Source: the human T2T-CHM13v2.0 reference genome, Homo sapiens
Reading direction: 5' to 3' (one strand)
DNA: 64,000 bases
NCBI RefSeq assembly: GCF_009914755.1
Contig: NC_060945.1
The notes under the pieces are model-generated. The model saw nothing but the letters and a program-made list of their open reading frames with translations. It made no database searches and was not told where the DNA came from. This document shows, in pieces, positions 26,377-37,829 of this stretch. Within the stretch, counting starts at the first letter, position 1, and each line of letters begins with the position of its first letter. The position numbers and the translations under genes are program-made.

Positions 26377-27560
26377 CACCCCTTCCTGTCCATGGCCCCC
26401 TGGGTAGCCCCCCCATCTTCATCAGCCCACCCCTTCCTGTCCATTGTCTTCTGCGTGGCCCCTCCCATCTTCATCAGCCCACCCCTTCTTGTCCATGGTC
26501 CTCTGGGTGGCTCCCCCATCTTCATCAGCCCACCCCTTCCTGTCCACGGTCCTCTGGGTAGCCCCCCCATCTTCATCAGCCCACCCCTTCCTGTCCACGA
26601 TCCTCTGGGTGGCCCCCCCATCTTCATCAGCCCACCCCTTCCTGTCCACGGTCCTCTGGGTAGCCCCCCCATCTTCAGCCCACCCCTTCCTGTCCACGGT
26701 CCTCTGGGTGGCCCCACCATCTTCATCAGCCCACCCCTTCCTGTCCACGGTCCTCTGGGTAGCCCCCCATCTTCATCAGCCCACCCCTTCCTGTCCGCGG
26801 TCCTCTGGGTGGCCCCCCCATCTTCATCAGCCCACCCCTTCCTGTCCATTGTCCTCTGGGTGGCCCTCCCCCATCTTCATCAGCCCACCCCTTCCTGCCC
26901 ATTGTCCTCTGGGTGGCACCCCCCATCTTCATCAGCCCACCCCTTCCTGTCCATGGCCCCCTGGATGGCCCCCCCATCTTCATCAGCCCATCCCTTCCTG
27001 TGCATTGTCCTCTGGGTGGCCCCTCCCATCTTCATCAGCCCACCCCTTCCTGTCCATGGTCCTCTGGGTAGCCCCCCCATCTTCATCAGCCCACCCCTTC
27101 CTGTCCACGGTCCTCTGGGTAGCCCCCCCATCTTCATCAGCCCACCACTTCCTGTTTGTCCATGGCCCCCTGGATGGCCCCCCCATCTTCATCAGCCCAC
27201 CACTTCCTGTTTGTCCATGGCCTCCTGGGTGGCCCCCCGATCTTCAGCCCACCCCTTCCCGTCCATGGTCTTCTGGGTGGCCCCTCCCTTCTTCATCAGC
27301 CCATCCTTCCTGTCCATTGTCCTCTGGGTGCCCCCCCGCCATCTTCATCAGCCCACCCCTTCCTGTCCATTGTCCTCTGGGTGGCCCCTCCCATCTTCAT
27401 CAGCCCACCCCTTCCTGTCCATTGTCCTCTGGGTGGCCCCCCCATCTTCATCAGCCCACCCTTCCTGTCCATTGTGCTCTGGGTGGACCCCCCATCTTCA
27501 TCAGCCCACCCCTTCCTGCCCATGGCCCTCTGGGTGGCCTCCCCATCTTCATCAGCCCAC
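26377..27560. repeat. C-rich minisatellite (VNTR), ~51-bp unit, ~23 copies
   Basis: Consensus ccccatcttcatcagcccaccccttcctgtcca(t/c)(g/t)gtcctctgggt(g/a)gcc; 23 occurrences of the (a/t)tcttca(tca)gccca core counted. Confidence 0.97.
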
Positions 27561-28322
27561 AGCACCTGGTGCTGCATTGTAGTCACTGTCACACACACTC
27601 TCTTCGCTTTGCCTCTGTGTCCTCCCAGTGTCCATGTGGTAGAACAAGATCACAGCATTGATGGAGACCACATAGCTGTGCAGACTAGTCTCGTCTAATT
27701 TCACAGCCAAGGGCTTGGATCCACCCTCACTTGCCTAGTCCCAGCAGCACCCCCTTGAAGAATTGCTTTTGCCTGAGTCCATTCTGTTCTGTCTGCTTCC
27801 CCTTCCTCAGATCTCTGATCTAATCAGATGTGAGTCTCAGCTGGCGTCTATGCCTCAGTTAAGGAGAAGAGAGTTGCTTCTCTGCCCCATCCTCCGACCC
27901 AAGGGGCTAAGTCGCGTTTCCTCCCTTGGCCTTTCCTGCCCCTCAAGTGCAAGGAGCCCTCGCTGTTAGCTCAGGACAAGCCCACCCTCTTGTTTCCTCA
28001 GGGACTTGCCCCGCTGTGTGGTCTGTGGTGCCATCTCTCTGCGTGCCCGCCTCACTGGCAGGTCACTTCTGTTAGCATCCGGGATGACTTAGTAGCTCCC
28101 ATGTTAAAATTAAAAAAAATTATTCCCTTGATCCTTGATTTTCAGCCAGATTGGCAAATTGATTTCACAGTGACCTCTGCTTCCTCTTAAAAGCCCACTA
28201 AAATGACAGGCAAGATGTTTTTAAAGGGCAAAAGTCACCAAGAAATTGAGAAAGAAGATGACAGAACTTTGAAAGTTGGAAGGCAAATGGTCAGAGCAGA
28301 TCTGAACCTAGAAAGCTGAGAG

Positions 28323-28551
28323 GTGCGTGTGTGTGTGCATGTGAGTGTGTGTGTGGTGTGTGTAGTGTGTGTGTGTGTGTGTGTGTGAAGTGTGTGTGCA
28401 TGTGTATTTACCCACACAGGTCTGTGTGTACACATGCGTGTGTGTATGTGTGTGCAGGTGAGTGTGTATATAGGTGTGCACGCATGCGTGTGTGTGTGGA
28501 AGGTGTGTGCATGTGTGTGTGGTATGTGTGCATCTGTTATATGTGTGTGTG
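28323..28551. repeat. Degenerate (TG)n microsatellite, ~230 bp
   Basis: gtgcgtgtgtgtgtgcatgtgagtgtgtgtgtgg... Confidence 0.95.
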
Positions 28552-29199
28552 TTGAGGGGACTGAGAAGTGAGTTTCTTGTGTTGCAGACAGTGCCCCCAC
28601 GTCTTGGGAATGGCGTTACTGTGCAGCTGAACATGGGGAGGCAGTAGAGATACGGTTGACATAGGAAAGCTGTGGAAAGCTTGTCTGAGAAGGAGTCAGC
28701 CTCTCAGCCCTCTCCTACCCAGTCTGGTTCCTCCCTGGAAGGTGACTTGGGAGCCTGCCCTGCGGTGGGGGACTGTCCTAAACGGAAAGCAGGGCACGGG
28801 ATGGCTTCACTCCAGCTCCTCCTTATTTGGCCCCAGAGCACTGGGAACCTAGGAACAGACACAGGAGGGAGGGAAAGGAGCCACTTGGTGGGTGAGGAAG
28901 CTGGACGCTGGGGCCCTGGGGCGTGGCTCCAAGAAGGGCTGGAGGGTGATGTCGGGATGAGTGGGTCTGCAGTGGTCGGCCCCATGGCTAGGAGTTTGGA
29001 AAGAAATCAACCTAAGTTCATAGAACACCAAAGAAAGCAGTGGGGAGGCCCTTATTCACTGTGAGAAGCAGAAACATTGTGCAAGAAGGGAGCTGCAGCA
29101 TCAGGTGTGGGTACCAGGTGCACAGCCAGCGAGGGGAGTCCTGGAAAGTGGGGAGGAGGGCGAGGTAGGGGCTCAGGAGAGTCAGTGCTCATCTTTTAT

Positions 29200-29430
29200 A
29201 GCAGGAAGCTAACAGCTGATACATAAAGTTGTAAGATCAAGAATAGCAATACAAACTCAGTAATTAGAAATATGGAGATAAAGAAATGCCAAAAGAGGCT
29301 AAGAGCTCAGGGAAGGATTGTGATGTAGGGGGCAAGGGAGGGGTAGGGCCACTGCTTTTCATAAGCTTTATCGAATTATTTGCTTTTAAAAACTGTGTAT
29401 ATTTATAGTTTTATTAAAAATAAAAAATTT
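29200..29430 (+). mobile_element. L1ME-like 3' end fragment
   Basis: aattagaaatatggagata...gaattatttgctttt...ttttattaaaaataaaaaa. Confidence 0.5.
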
Positions 29431-31356
29431 TAAAGGTTATATGGCAAATATTATTTTATAAAAAATTGATGAACCTCAGGCCCTGAGCTCCCTTGCTTGC
29501 CCTGCTCCTGCCAGGGCAGACTTCCACTGCCCTTGCCCTCTGGTCCTCTCCACTTCAGAGGCCCGGCCTCTGGCTTGGTGAATCTGAGGCAGATCTTTCT
29601 CCTCAGGTTGCTTGAGCTCTGCAGCGTTAGGCCTGGTGAGCGCCTCTTGCCCAGTGCCCTGGGGGCGGTGGGGAAATTCCAGTCCAGACTGTCTGCCTCA
29701 GGCATTCAGTACACACTTTCGTGCCCTGCTTTTTAACTGAATAGTATTCTGCAAAGTGTTCGACCTTACCTAGTTTGAGAACATTATTTTTAGAAGGTTG
29801 CATGGTTTCCCATGTTGTGGATCTAGGTATCATTTATTGGATTATTCCCTTTTTGTTTATTTTTTCTGATTTTCCACTAATATCCATAATACGAGGTAAA
29901 CACCCTTGTGCATAAATCCACAGCAGCTTCCTCTCTTTTGTAGGCAGTGTTCACACCTACAGAATTCCTGGGTCAGAGGACATGGACATTTAAAAGAGGC
30001 ATAATGTGTAATTGCCAGGTTGATCTCAAAAGTGCAAGTTTGTACTTGAACAAGGCTGTACCAGAGTGCCTGTGCTGTTGTATCCTGACACACCAGGTAC
30101 TGCATACGTCTCCATCTCGAAATGCAGAAGCACACTGAACACACATGGCTTAGCTCTTTAACAATAATGTCGTTTTCCCCCATGCTCATAAGCATTCTTG
30201 CATTATTGAAGATACTCTGCTTTTATGTCTGTGGGAGGAATTTTCCCCAGTTGAGTCGTGCACTTTTTCATCTGATCTGTAGCATTTTGGGTAGCTCGCT
30301 CAGTATTTTCCGTTGTGATGTTGTCTCTTATTGTGTTTACATTTAGAAAATCCTTTTCTTGGGATTTAATTAGGTGTATGTTCTTAGGTGAAGATCTAAG
30401 TTATTTTTTCTTATATTAGAAACACCATTTATTCAAAATACTTCATTTTTCTAATGATTCATGCTGCAACTTTTTATGTATGTGTACCACATATGAAAAT
30501 ATTGTGTATTTTAGTGTCTGTTTCTGAATTCTCTAATTGACCTCTTTGTTCTAGTGCTGGTACACTGTTTTAATTATTTTAGTTTCACGATATATTTCCA
30601 TATCTGATAAAGGTAACCAATATTTCAAAAAATATTTTGGTTATTCTTGGCTACCTACTTTCTAAATGAACTTTAGAATGATTTTCAAGTTTAAAAAGTT
30701 AATCATATTGAGGTTTCTTTTCAAATGGATCAGATCTATAATTTAAATTATAAACAGCTGACATTTTAACAATATTTAAATAGTTTCCTATATAGAAAGG
30801 GAATCTGTCTTTCCATTTATTCTGTTATTAGCCTTCAGTTACATTTCATAGCTTTCTTGCTGTAGGTTTTATCTTTCAAATTTTTTTCCAACTAATTTGT
30901 GTTATTTGGTTATTGTAATTGGGATTTTTCCCATTGCATTTATCAAATATTTAACATTATATAGGAAAACTATCAGTTTTTATATATTTGAATGTGGTCA
31001 CATGTTAAAATGGTTTTATTTGCAAAAGGGTTTTCAGGTGAAATTTGACTTATTTTTACCTTGACCCAACATTCACCATGAAGTATGCTCCCTGTAGCTC
31101 TCTGGTATATATTCTTCATTAAGCTACAGAAGTTTTCTTTTATTGCTATTTATTAAGTTACGTGTTTTTTAAAATCAAAAAAGTTGCATTTCACTAAATG
31201 TGTTCATTGCTACTATTTAGGTGGTTGTATGATTCCTGCTTTTGTCTCTCAATGGAGTGAATTCTGTTCCTGACATTCCAAGTGTTGATTCTTGGAATAA
31301 ACCCCGTTAGGCCATAGCTCTTCCAATTATAATATGCTCCCAGTATCTTATTGGGA

Positions 31357-31494
31357 CTAGAATAAGGGTTAATAATAGGGTTAGGGCTAGAGTTAAGGCT
31401 AGCATAAGGGTTGGAGTTACCGTTAGTGTTCGAGTTATTGTAAAGGTTAGGATTAGGGTTACTGTTAGGGTTATCGTGAGGGTTATGGCTAGGG
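31357..31494 (+). repeat. Degenerate interstitial telomeric (TTAGGG-like) tract
   Basis: 23 consecutive in-register hexamers (taaggg, ttaggg, ctagag, ttaagg, ttagtg, ttagga, tgaggg, ctaggg...), 3 of them perfect TTAGGG. Confidence 0.85.
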
Positions 31495-31854
31495 TGATAG
31501 TGCTCTATAAGGTTCTTTTTTTTCTAATTTTTATATGATTTTGGCAATAAATGATAGCTTGCTTTCATAACATGATTTGAGAATTGTCCCATGTTTTTCT
31601 ATCCTTTAAATAACAAATTTTTCTGTCTTCTGTTTAGAAATGCAAATGTTATCAGCCTTCGATAGAATTCTACCTTTAATAGAATTCGTCTATCAAAGCT
31701 GCTAAGCCTGGAGCCTATTTTGGAGACTGATTTTTTAGTGTCTATATAATTTCTACCATGGTTATTGATTTTATACACATTTTCTTATACACCAATGGTT
31801 TTTGCTTAGGAAACAGTCAGTTTTAAGCAAGTTTTTAGGTATATAGGTAAAAAT

Positions 31855-31910
31855 GTGTATATGTTTTATATATATATATATACATATGTATGTATATAAC
31901 ATATATATGT
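31855..31910. repeat. (TA)n-rich microsatellite
   Basis: tatatatatatatatacatatgtatgtatataacatatatatg. Confidence 0.85.
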
Positions 31911-31944
31911 TGTGCTCGTCATTTTTCAGTCTTTAAAAATTTTT

Positions 31945-32246
31945 AACTTAATTTAATTTTTCTTTTTATTATTTTTTTAGAGACAGAGCCACACTCTGTT
32001 GGATGTTGATCCCAGCTCACCGCAGCCTTGAACTCCTGGGCTCAAGCGATCCTTCCACCTCAGTCTCCCACGTAGCTGGGACTACAGGCATGTGCCAACG
32101 CATCCAGCTAATTTTTAAAATTTTTTTAGGCACTGGGGTCTTGCTTAGATGCTCAGGCTAGTCTCAAACTCCTTGGCCTCAAGTGATCTTCCTGCCACGT
32201 CCTCTCAAAGTGCTAGGATTACAGGTGTAGGCCACCATGCCGGGCC
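31945..32246 (-). mobile_element. AluJ
   Basis: gagacagagccacactctgt...cagctcaccgcagccttgaactcctgggctcaagcgatcc. Confidence 0.88.
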
Positions 32247-33638
32247 TAGTTTTTCAGTCATTTTATCTGTTACTGTGTTCCCTTTATTTCTAGTACTTAC
32301 TTCAGCATTTTAGTCACATTTGTCTAATTTTTTCTCCAAAATAGCTTTCATTTATATTGATCATTTATAATTTTACTATTAATTTCTCATTTTAGCATAC
32401 ATTATAATTATAATTCTCTTTTTCTTCAAGTTAATGCTATTATTTTAATAGTTTCCTGAGTGCTTCTTTGAACATTTTCATTTATTTTCTGACTAATGCA
32501 TTTGACTCTCAGTCTTCTAAGACACTTTTAACTCTGTTCTACTGGCTTTATATGTACTGACCTGTTGTCCCTCATGTTTTTATTATTTAATTTAAAAGAT
32601 TAATTTCTTGGTAGTCCTGTCTAGGAGGACTATTCTTTTGTTGTTAAGTTTCTACTTTTTAAGTATCATGTTTGCCCTGTGTGGGTCAGAGAGGGACTGG
32701 GCCCTTTGTGACTGTGGGTGTTTTGTAGGAGATGGCTGTGGGGCTTGGGGATGGAAGAGTGGCACCCACTGTAGGCATGTCACAGGCTGTCACGGAGCAG
32801 CAGGGTACAGTGTGAGCAGTGGAGAAGGTGCCCAGAGGGACCCCATGGGGTTGTATGCTGCCTGTGGTCCTGGGAGATGGAGTGATCGCTCTGGAAGAAA
32901 AACATTCTGGAGTTTGTGGGGAGCAGACAGACTTCTGTGTGAGACCCATAGGAGACATGCCATGGAGGCTTTTGGAATCCTGGCTCACAGCTGAGGGGAC
33001 GGTGTGGGGCATACAGAGAGCCACGTGCCAAGAGGAAGAGTTGAACCCAGGGGAAAGGGTAAGCTGTGGAAATACAGAGCTTCCCAGACCCACCAGCTTT
33101 ATTTAATAAGGTCAGATGCTCTCGTTGACATCAGCGTTCCTGGATGGGAGGGCTGGGCTCTGTGAGGCCCTCCCCGGCCTGGACTCTGGGTGGCCTGCCA
33201 TTCTCGATGTGTGGTTTCTGTCTCTTGCTATGTTGTCATGACTGCAGAGTTGGAAGGAACCCAGGTGCACCTCGTGTGTTCTAGCCTGTGGATGCAACAG
33301 GGGACAACTTCATTTTAAGAACTGGAGGCCCAAGTTATGCTGACGTGTATCATGGTATCTGAGACCAGGTGTGTCTAACATGTGCCAGGTGACCCTCTCT
33401 GCAGAGGAGCTGGGCAATGCATTCTCCCGCTGGGCAGCCTTGGGCTCAGCCAAAGCTCTGTCTTCACGGAGAAAGGGAGGAAGGGACAGGGGAAGAGCTT
33501 CTGCCTCCATAGGCGAGGATGAGGACATAGGAGGCACTGAATAGTGGCCAGGAGAGGAGTGAGTGAGGACCTGGGGGTCACCCACACTTCAGAGTGAGGC
33601 GCACTTGCAAGAGTGTTGGCATCGTGTGAAGGCAGACA

Positions 33639-34915
33639 GTGCCACACGGTGTTGTGTCAGCATCGCTGTGTCAGTCCATTGACGTAGCGCCACACGGTGT
33701 TGTGTCAGCATCGCTGTGTCAGTCCATTGACGTAGCGCACACGGTGTTGTGTCAGCATCGCTGTCAGTCCATTGACGTAGCGCACACGGTGTTGTGTCAG
33801 CATCGCCGTGTCAGTCCACTGACGTAGCGCACACGGTGTTGTCAGCATCGCTGTGTCAGTCCATTGACGTAGCGCACACGGTGTTGTGTCAGCATCGCTG
33901 TCAGTCCATTGACGTAGCGCCACACGGTGTTGTCAGCATCACTGTGTCAGTCCATTGACGTAGCGCACACGGTGTTGTCAGCATCGCCGTGTCAGTCCAT
34001 TGACGTAGCGCACACGGTGTTGTCAGCATCGCCGTGTCAGTCCATTGACGTAGCGCACACGGTGTTGTCAGCATCGCCGTGTCAGTCCATTGACGTAGCG
34101 CACACGGTGTTGTCAGCATCGCCGTGTCAGTCCATTGACGTAGCGCACACGGTGTTGTCAGCATCGCCGTGTCAGTCCATTGACGTAGCGCACACGGTGT
34201 TGTCAGCATCGCCGTGTCAGTCCATTGACGTAGCGCACACGGTGGTGTCAGCATCGCCGTGTCAGTCCATTGACGTAGCGCACACGGTGGTGTCAGCATC
34301 GCCGTGTCAGTCCATTGACGTAGCGCACACGGTGGTGTCAGCATCGCCGTGTCAGTCCATTGACGTAGCGCACACGGTGGTGTCAGCATCGCCGTGTCAG
34401 TCCATTGACGTAGCGCACACGGTGGTGTCAGCATCGCCGTGTCAGTCCATTGACGTAGCGCACACGGTGGTGTCAGCATCGCCGTGTCAGTCCATTGACG
34501 TAGCGCCACATGGTGGTGTCAGCATCGCCGTGTCAGTCCACTGACGTAGCGCACACGGTGTGGTGTCAGCATCGCCGTGTCAGTCCACTGACGTAGCGCA
34601 CACGGTGTTGTGTCAGCATCGCCGTGTCAGTCCACTGACGTAGCGCACACGGTGTTGTGTCAGCATCGCCGTGTCAGTCCACTGACGTAGCTCACACGGT
34701 GTTGTGTCAGCATCGCCGTGTCAGTCCACTGACGTAGCTCACACGGTGTTGTGTCAGCATCGCCGTGTCAGTCCATTGACGTAGCTCACACGGTGTTGTG
34801 TCAGCATCGCCGTGTCAGTCCATTGACGTAGCGCCACACGGTGTTGTCAGCATCGCTGTGTCAGTCCATTGACGTAGCGCACACGGTGTTGTCAGCATCG
34901 CTGTGTCAGTCCATT
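33639..34915. repeat. CpG-rich minisatellite (VNTR), 45-48-bp unit, ~28 copies
   Basis: Core gcacacggtg(t/g)tgtcagcatcgccgtgtcagtccattgacgtagc; 28 gtcagtcca motifs counted. Confidence 0.98.
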
Positions 34916-35260
34916 TTCATACTGTTATGAAGAGATACCCGAGACTGGGTAATTTATAAAGAAAAAGAGGTTTAGGGGACTCAGTTCCACATGGCTGGGG
35001 AGGCCTCACAATCATGGCCAAAGACAAAGGAGGATCAAAGGTGCATCTTACATGGTGGCAGGCAAGAGAGCATGTGCGAGGGAACTGCCTTTTTATAAAA
35101 CCATCAGTCTGGTGAGATTTATTCACTACCATGAGAACATGAGAAAAACCCACCCCCATGATTCAATTACCTCCCACTGGGTACCTCCCACGACACGTGG
35201 GGATTATGGGAGCTACAATTCAAAATGAGATTTGGGTGCAGACACAGGCAAGCCATATCA
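34902..35260 (-). mobile_element. THE1 solo LTR (359 bp) whose left terminus overlaps the last VNTR unit
   Basis: tgtgtcagtccattttcatactgttatgaagagatacccgagactgggtaatttata...gccatatca; TSD ATCGC (34897-34901) / ATTGC (35261-35265). Confidence 0.9.
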
Positions 35261-36949
35261 ATTGCAAAGCCCACCGGGCATCCTTGTTCTGAGAGGAGCA
35301 CCAGGCCGCGGGGTGAGCTCTGGGCCTGCTGAGCCTCCTGGACTCTGGCCAGCACAAGCCCTAACATCCATAGGTGCTGCTGCGGTGACAGTGGGGCGGT
35401 TCCAGCCCCTCCCAGCCAAGACCCAGGGCCTGCGGGGATGGGCAGCACTATTTCACTGTGGAAATGCGGGCCCCAGAACCAGGAGGGCCAGGGAAGACCT
35501 GGAGGTCTTGGCCGGCTGGGGCAGGGCGTTTTCACATGCTCTCAGTCACAGAGGCTGCGGTCTTGCCCTTACCCCGCTCCTCGCCAGCCAGCAGAAGCTC
35601 TGCAGCCTCATCGAATCTCAGGTTCTTTATTTGGAAATGGTGCAGCACACCTCTCGAGGGAGGACAGACTGCCATGGGCCCAGCGGAGGTCTCATGGCAC
35701 TGGTGTCCTTCTTTCCTCCCTCCTCTGAGTTTTCTCCTTGGCTAGGTAGCGTTCCTTCTGGACCTTCTCTGCTTTGCTTTTTTCCCTCTCACCGGGATTT
35801 GGAGAGTGCTGCCCTCCCGGAGGTTGAGATCAGATTGCAGCCTGGCACGGAGGGATGATCATTTTTCGTGATGACTCATCCCTCCTCCGTGCCGTGCTGC
35901 CAGGCTGTCTGGCGGCCCTGCGTGCAGAGACAGTGATAGATCTGGAGAGCTGTTGCTGCTGGTCCGTGGTGACTGGGGATGGCATGTCAGGTGGAGAAGA
36001 ATTTCCTCTGTGTGCGCATTTAGACAGGTGGGAGTCAGCATTTCTGTGTGCTTTTATTTTACAAATGCACCATCCATTCATTGGAGATGCAGTCTATCTA
36101 CTCTTGCTCGTCAGCGTGCATGGTGAGCTGCGTCCATCCCAGTCTCCTGCTCCACCCAGGCCTCTGTCGTCTTCCTCTGGATCTGCAGGGACACTTGACA
36201 GCTTACTTCATTCTGTGTAGGGTTCATGCCTTTGCGCCATAGGCCCTGTGTGAATGGTGTCACAGAGGCCACCCTGTCTTTGGCGATGAAGGGCAGTCAG
36301 TGATAGACTCTGGGAGCACTGAGCTAGGCTGAGGCTTTTGGTGTGGGTGTGAGCTTTGCTCCAAGTGCTCTGGCCATTTTGCTCTTCTGAGGTACAGGCT
36401 GACAGCCCTGCAGCTTTGTTCACCCTGGTAGTGAGTAAATGGGTTTGACTTTACCCACCTGTTTCCCAGCCTCTGCCCTTGCAGCAAGCCCAAGATAGGA
36501 CTCCTCTGAACACGGCTGCATCCACATGTACCTTCTTTGCTGAGCTTGTGCCTCTGGCCACATCCAGCAGGGCTGGTTGCAGTTGGGGGCAGGTGTTAGG
36601 AGCACAGCGGTGAGCTGTTGTCATCGTTCCCTTGTGTTAAGCTGGCAGAGTCTGAGCACAAGTCACAGGAAGAGAAGTGTCCGGTAGGAACCCAGCTGGG
36701 CTGGTGGAGCAGGACTAGCTGAGAATCCAGAGACTGTGTTCTGCTTCCGGCTTCTCTCCCAGATCACCACGTGACCTCGGCTAGGTTCCTTCCCTCTCTG
36801 TGCTGCTTTTCCATCTGTGAGACTGGGTCTCCTGACCTGTTCCTGCCCTGACCCTTGGGGGAAGGTTGCTTCAGCTTTTACAAAGAGGGCAAGAACCACC
36901 AGTGTCTTTCTAGGAACAAACATATGACCTATGAGAAGATGGTTTCCAT

Positions 36950-37110
36950 AATCATTATTATGTTCCCTGCAAAAGTTCCTCACTTAATTCCTGTAATTCT
37001 CCAAGGTCTTTGATTAACCCTTTTTATCAGTAAAGAAACAGAGACTAAAGATGAGCCAGCATTGGAGCAGAATCCAGCCCATAGTTGCCCGTTTTCAGAA
37101 CCTTCTCTCC
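36950..37110 (-). mobile_element. MIR fragment
   Basis: ctcacttaattcctgtaattctcc...attaaccctttttatcagtaaagaaacagagact. Confidence 0.55.
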
Positions 37111-37829
37111 TTCACTTTATTGCTATTAGATTGTAAGAAGTTCAGATCTCAAGTACTCATGGTCAAATTACCATCCAGAGTCACGGATGTTTTACACGTT
37201 CACCAGCATTTCATGAGAGTGTCTGTGTGAGCGCCCTTCAGTCACACTGCGTCTTTTCTTTGTTCCAGCTTCAGAAGGGAGGAAAACACAGAAGACGAGG
37301 GCTGAAAGATGGCATTGGACTTGGCACAGGGATGGTCAGGAGGTCCTGAGTCACTTTGAGAAGGTACAAAGGAAGCCAGATTGAGCCAGCTTGAAGAGTC
37401 AGGGAGAGGGAGGGGTGGAGATGGCTGTGGAAAATGTTTGACTCTGAAAACTTGGGGTCTAGAAGGGAGGTGTTTGGGTTGCATCTTTAGTATGAGCTAC
37501 TTGGTTATATTTAAAGCCTGAAAATGAGTTAGTAGAGAAACTTTGAAAATTAAGAGACAGAGAGCACGTGGATGCTGCTAGACATTGGTCCCTGAGGAGT
37601 CAAGAGGGTGATTCAGAGGATGGAGAGGTGCTGTTTCCTGGGAATGGGGGTGTCCTCTCATCACCACAGCACCATTGTCAGCTTACAAAACCCGTCTAGA
37701 TGCTGCACCCCAGTATTTCCAGTCCCCCCAGTAATGTCTTTTATATTATTTTCCCTCCAGCACAGGATGTGGTCTGGGATCAGGTGTTGCATCTGCTTGT
37801 TGTGTGTCTGTCATCTCTGTCAATCAGGA

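Larger units (their letters stand above)
29730..32620 (-). mobile_element. Highly diverged antisense L1 (L1ME-like), interrupted by the telomere-like tract, microsatellite and Alu
   Basis: AT-rich antisense L1 motifs (tattttggttattcttgg, ttccatttattc, ttggaataaaccc). Confidence 0.55.

Noticed and set aside
26376-27698. Long ORFs (396, 405, 180, 157 aa) on both strands
   Set aside because: They are translations of the stop-poor 51-bp VNTR, with frame switching at C-runs and no splice or promoter context.
33901-34544. 205/202-aa repeat ORFs and a CRISPR-like palindromic array
   Set aside because: The 45-bp unit is a multiple of 3 without stops; units are contiguous with no unique spacers and there are no cas genes in this primate DNA.
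35232-35858. 208-aa ORF (and similar 150-210-aa ORFs at 13325, 49244, 49871, 52622)
   Set aside because: GC-rich chance ORFs, several starting in or overlapping repeats, with low-complexity composition and no recognisable domain.
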